Assembly: GCF_036960985.1 (NCBI RefSeq)
Contig: NZ_JBALWD010000016.1
Coordinates: 3,998-67,997, forward strand
DNA length: 64,000 nucleotides
Source: Sneathiella sp.
GTDB taxonomy: Bacteria; Pseudomonadota; Alphaproteobacteria; Sneathiellales; Sneathiellaceae
Direction: 5' to 3'
Below the pieces are notes generated by a model, which saw nothing but the letters and a program-made list of their open reading frames with translations, searched no databases and had not been told where the DNA came from. The translations under genes were made by a program, and so were the position numbers. Position 1 is the first letter of the stretch. The number at the start of each line of letters is the position of its first letter. Of the stretch, positions 61,295 to 64,000 are shown piece by piece.

Positions 61295-61765
61295 ATGGAT
61301 AGCAATCATTATACGGCTTTTACTGGTAAAGGTCGCCGGCGCCGGCATCAGCAGATGTCCGAAATTAATGTGACACCGTTTGTCGATGTCATGTTGGTCT
61401 TGCTTATCGTGTTTATGGTGACAGCCCCTTTATTGACAGTTGGCGTGCCGCTTGATTTACCAAATACCAAATCGACCACAGTCCAGGGAAATGACGAACC
61501 ACTGGTTATCAGCGTCGACAGTGAGGGCCAGATTTTTCTGGAAGATACTGTAATTGAGTTGGAAAATCTCGTTCCTAAATTACAGGCGGTTACTGGTGCA
61601 AAGCAAGATCAACGGATTTTTGTGCGGGGCGACACAAATGTTGCTTATGGGCGTGTATTGCAGGTAATGGGGGAAATACAAAGCGCTGGCTTTAAGCGGG
61701 TTGCGATGGTGTCATCCAGCAAACCCAATACCAAAGCTGACACACCAAAAGATAAAAAGCAGTAA
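61295..61765 (+). CDS. tolR: TolR
   Basis: SEINVTPFVDVMLVLLIVFMVTAP. Confidence 0.95.
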   Translation: MDSNHYTAFTGKGRRRRHQQMSEINVTPFVDVMLVLLIVFMVTAPLLTVGVPLDLPNTKSTTVQGNDEPLVISVDSEGQIFLEDTVIELENLVPKLQAVTGAKQDQRIFVRGDTNVAYGRVLQVMGEIQSAGFKRVAMVSSSKPNTKADTPKDKKQ

Positions 61766-61780
61766 GGGATCTTTTTTAGA

Positions 61781-62680
61781 ATGAGGGTGTCTGCGCTAAC
61801 ATCGGCTGTGCTGCATATGGTGATTCTTGTGATCATGTATACCGGCTTGCCGTTGTTTACAGATCCGAAGATTTACGAGCAATCGGCAATCATTGAAGTT
61901 GAAATCGTTGATATCGCCGATATTACTAATTTACCTAACCCAACGCCGGAGCCAAAGCCCGATCCCAAGCCAGAACCGGAGCCAAAGCCCGAACCAAAAC
62001 CTGAGCCTGAACCTGAACCGGCCCCAGAACCTGAGCCAAAACTGGAACCCGAGCCCGAGCCGGCCCCAGAACCTGAGCCGGCACCAGAGCCGGCACCAGA
62101 GCCCGAACCCGCGCCAAAAGTGGTGCAGCCCGTTCCAACGCCAAAAGTAAAGCCGAAACCCAAACCGAAACCAGCTGAGCCTAAAAAGCCTGAGCCGAAG
62201 CCAGAAGCAAAGCCGAAGAAAAAAACATTTGATTTGAAGCAGATGAAGGCGCTTTTGGATAAGAAGAAAAAGGAGCAGGCCGCGAGCCAGCCAAAAGAAA
62301 CAGACACAAAAAAGACAAATTCAGCTGAAAAAGTGCGAAATTCATCCACGAAAGCATCGGATGCCTCTCTGCCCATGACGCTGGGCGATAAAGATGCGTT
62401 GAGGCAGCAGGTTCAGAAATGCTGGAATCCACCGCTTGGAGCCGCGGATGCGGAAGGTCTGATTGTGACGTTGAATATAAACTTAAATCAGGATGGTACG
62501 TTGATTGGCTATCCAAAGATTGCTAATGGTGCATCAATTAGAAGCGATGTACATCGGGTTGCCGCGGAGAGTGCGACGCGTGCTGTCATTCAATGTCAGC
62601 CCTATAAGTTGCCGCTGGAAAAATATGAAAGCTGGCGTGAAGTAACGATGAATTTCGATCCGAAGGATATGTTCAGGTAA
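61781..62680 (+). CDS. tolA: TolA
   Basis: N-terminal TM with S..LH motif, PE/PK-rich linker, C-terminal KCWNPP...FDP domain. Confidence 0.9.
   Translation: MRVSALTSAVLHMVILVIMYTGLPLFTDPKIYEQSAIIEVEIVDIADITNLPNPTPEPKPDPKPEPEPKPEPKPEPEPEPAPEPEPKLEPEPEPAPEPEPAPEPAPEPEPAPKVVQPVPTPKVKPKPKPKPAEPKKPEPKPEAKPKKKTFDLKQMKALLDKKKKEQAASQPKETDTKKTNSAEKVRNSSTKASDASLPMTLGDKDALRQQVQKCWNPPLGAADAEGLIVTLNINLNQDGTLIGYPKIANGASIRSDVHRVAAESATRAVIQCQPYKLPLEKYESWREVTMNFDPKDMFR
61940..62125 (+). repeat. Coding low-complexity (PE/PK)n repeats in tolA
   Basis: Tandem CCAGAACCTGAG/CCCGAACC-type units encoding PEPEP. Confidence 0.85.
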
Positions 62681-64000
62681 TGGGAAATGTGATGATTAGA
62701 GCTCTACGCAAAACCTCTGTTTTTCTGGCCGGCTTGGCTGTGCTACTTGCTTTTTCGAGCGCGCCAAGAGCTGAGCTTGTGATCGATATTACGCAAGGGA
62801 ACATTAAGCCCATGCCGATCGCTGTAACAGATCTTTACAGCCAGACGGAAACCGCCTCAAAGATAGGCAAGCAAATTGCCGACGTTATCCGCGCCGACCT
62901 TGAGAGGTCAGGCCTTTTTAAGCCCATTGATCAACGCGCATTCTTACAAAAGCCCGCGGATCTACAGGTTATTCCAGTGTTTGCCAATTGGCGAAAAATT
63001 GATGCGCAGGCTCTGTCCACCGGATTAGTCAGGGCACTAGGGGACGGGCAGATTAATGTCCAATTCCGTCTTTGGGATGTTCTTGCAGACACACATATTG
63101 ATAGTGGACAATTGACGGGGCCTCCTTCTAGCTGGCGCGAAATAGCCCACCGAATTGCAGATGTTATTTATAAACGGCTGACAGGAGAGCAGGGCTATTT
63201 CAATACCCAGATCGTTTATGTTTCGGAGTCAGGTCCTGCAGATCGCCGGATCAAGCGTCTCGCAATAATGGATCAGGATGGTGAAAACCACAAATTCCTA
63301 ACCGATGGTAAAAACTTGGTTTTGACTCCGCGGTTTTCTCCGACACCAACGTCGAAAGAAATTACCTATCTTTCCTATTTCAATAACAAACCTAGGGTAT
63401 ATCTTTTTAACATCGAAACAGGGCAGCAGGAGATCCTGGGTGAGTTTCCGGGTATGACATTTGCGCCACGGTTTTCGCCTTCTGGAAATCAGGTTGTCAT
63501 GAGCATGGCAAAAGACGGAAATACCGAAATATATATCATGGATTTGCGGACCCGGGGAATCAAGCGTTTGACCAACCATCTAGGGATTGACACGGCTCCG
63601 TCTTTCTCTCCGGATGGAACAAAAATCGTTTTTGAATCGGACCGTGGTGGCCGGCAACAGATCTATACAATGAACGCTGACGGCTCAAATGTGAAGCGGA
63701 TCAGCTTCGGAAGTGGTAATTATGGCACACCTGTTTGGTCGCCTCGTGGTGATTTGATTGCTTTCACCAAATTTACCGGGGGCCAATTCTCCATAGGCGT
63801 TATGCGGACTGATGGTTCACAGGAACGCATTTTGACAGAAGGTTTCCACAATGAGGGGCCTACTTGGGCGCCAAATGGACGTGTTTTGATGTTTTTCAGG
63901 CAAATTCCGGGAAAAAATGACGGGACAGGGGATAAAGTTAGCTTGTGGTCTATAGATTTAACGGGATATAACGAACGGGAGGTTATCTCACCGCGTGACG
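62680..64000 (+). CDS. tolB: TolB, truncated by the window end (absent from the ORF track)
   Basis: Read by eye from ATG 62680: [11 protein letters not shown]...[21 protein letters not shown], then PD40 propeller repeats ([30 protein letters not shown]). Confidence 0.95.
   Translation, partial: MGNVMIRALRKTSVFLAGLAVLLAFSSAPRAELVIDITQGNIKPMPIAVTDLYSQTETASKIGKQIADVIRADLERSGLFKPIDQRAFLQKPADLQVIPVFANWRKIDAQALSTGLVRALGDGQINVQFRLWDVLADTHIDSGQLTGPPSSWREIAHRIADVIYKRLTGEQGYFNTQIVYVSESGPADRRIKRLAIMDQDGENHKFLTDGKNLVLTPRFSPTPTSKEITYLSYFNNKPRVYLFNIETGQQEILGEFPGMTFAPRFSPSGNQVVMSMAKDGNTEIYIMDLRTRGIKRLTNHLGIDTAPSFSPDGTKIVFESDRGGRQQIYTMNADGSNVKRISFGSGNYGTPVWSPRGDLIAFTKFTGGQFSIGVMRTDGSQERILTEGFHNEGPTWAPNGRVLMFFRQIPGKNDGTGDKVSLWSIDLTGYNEREVISPRD

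Noticed and set aside
61873-62376. Minus-strand ORFs rich in GSGSGAG or ALVPALV repeats
   Set aside because: Antisense shadows of the PE/PK repeat linker of tolA; no RBS or independent features.
63298-63579. 93-aa minus-strand ORF at the window end
   Set aside because: Antisense to tolB, which the ORF track omitted only because its stop lies beyond the window.
1-64000. CRISPR arrays, IS elements, integrases, prophage genes, tRNA or rRNA genes
   Set aside because: No spaced direct repeats, transposase/integrase motifs or structural-RNA signatures were found; intergenic gaps are nearly all under 500 bp and accounted for.

Overview
A chromosomal window from an alphaproteobacterium (inferred from rcdA, a CtrA-type box, a PleC/DivJ-like kinase, and the tkt-gap-pgk-fba-thiE-efp-suhB and zapA-6S-ygfA-ymdB-yebC-ruvCAB-ybgC-tolQRAB gene order). 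The left part (1-38 kb) is mostly accessory. It holds small catabolic and transport genes, a TAXI binding protein paired with a PAS histidine kinase, a LysE/MocR divergon, a LIV-type ABC transporter with a fused indolepyruvate oxidoreductase, ettA, rmlCBD, and an island bracketed by two paralogous adenylate-forming enzymes that contains two tandem lipoproteins built from a repeated Cys/Trp-rich domain. The right part (38-64 kb) is core genome. I found no rRNA, tRNA, CRISPR array, transposase or integrase. There is one 6S RNA and one ROSE-like RNA thermometer. The best candidates for undescribed biology are: (1) a transporter-less TAXI protein plus PleC/DivJ-type kinase behind a perfect CtrA box; (2) the modular repeat lipoproteins; (3) an OmpA + MotA-like + coiled-coil MotB-like triad leading into LPS glycosyltransferases; and (4) an apparent ATT start or frameshift at the gene before zapA. 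All family assignments come from motifs read by eye and from recall. No database search was run, so novelty is unverified.
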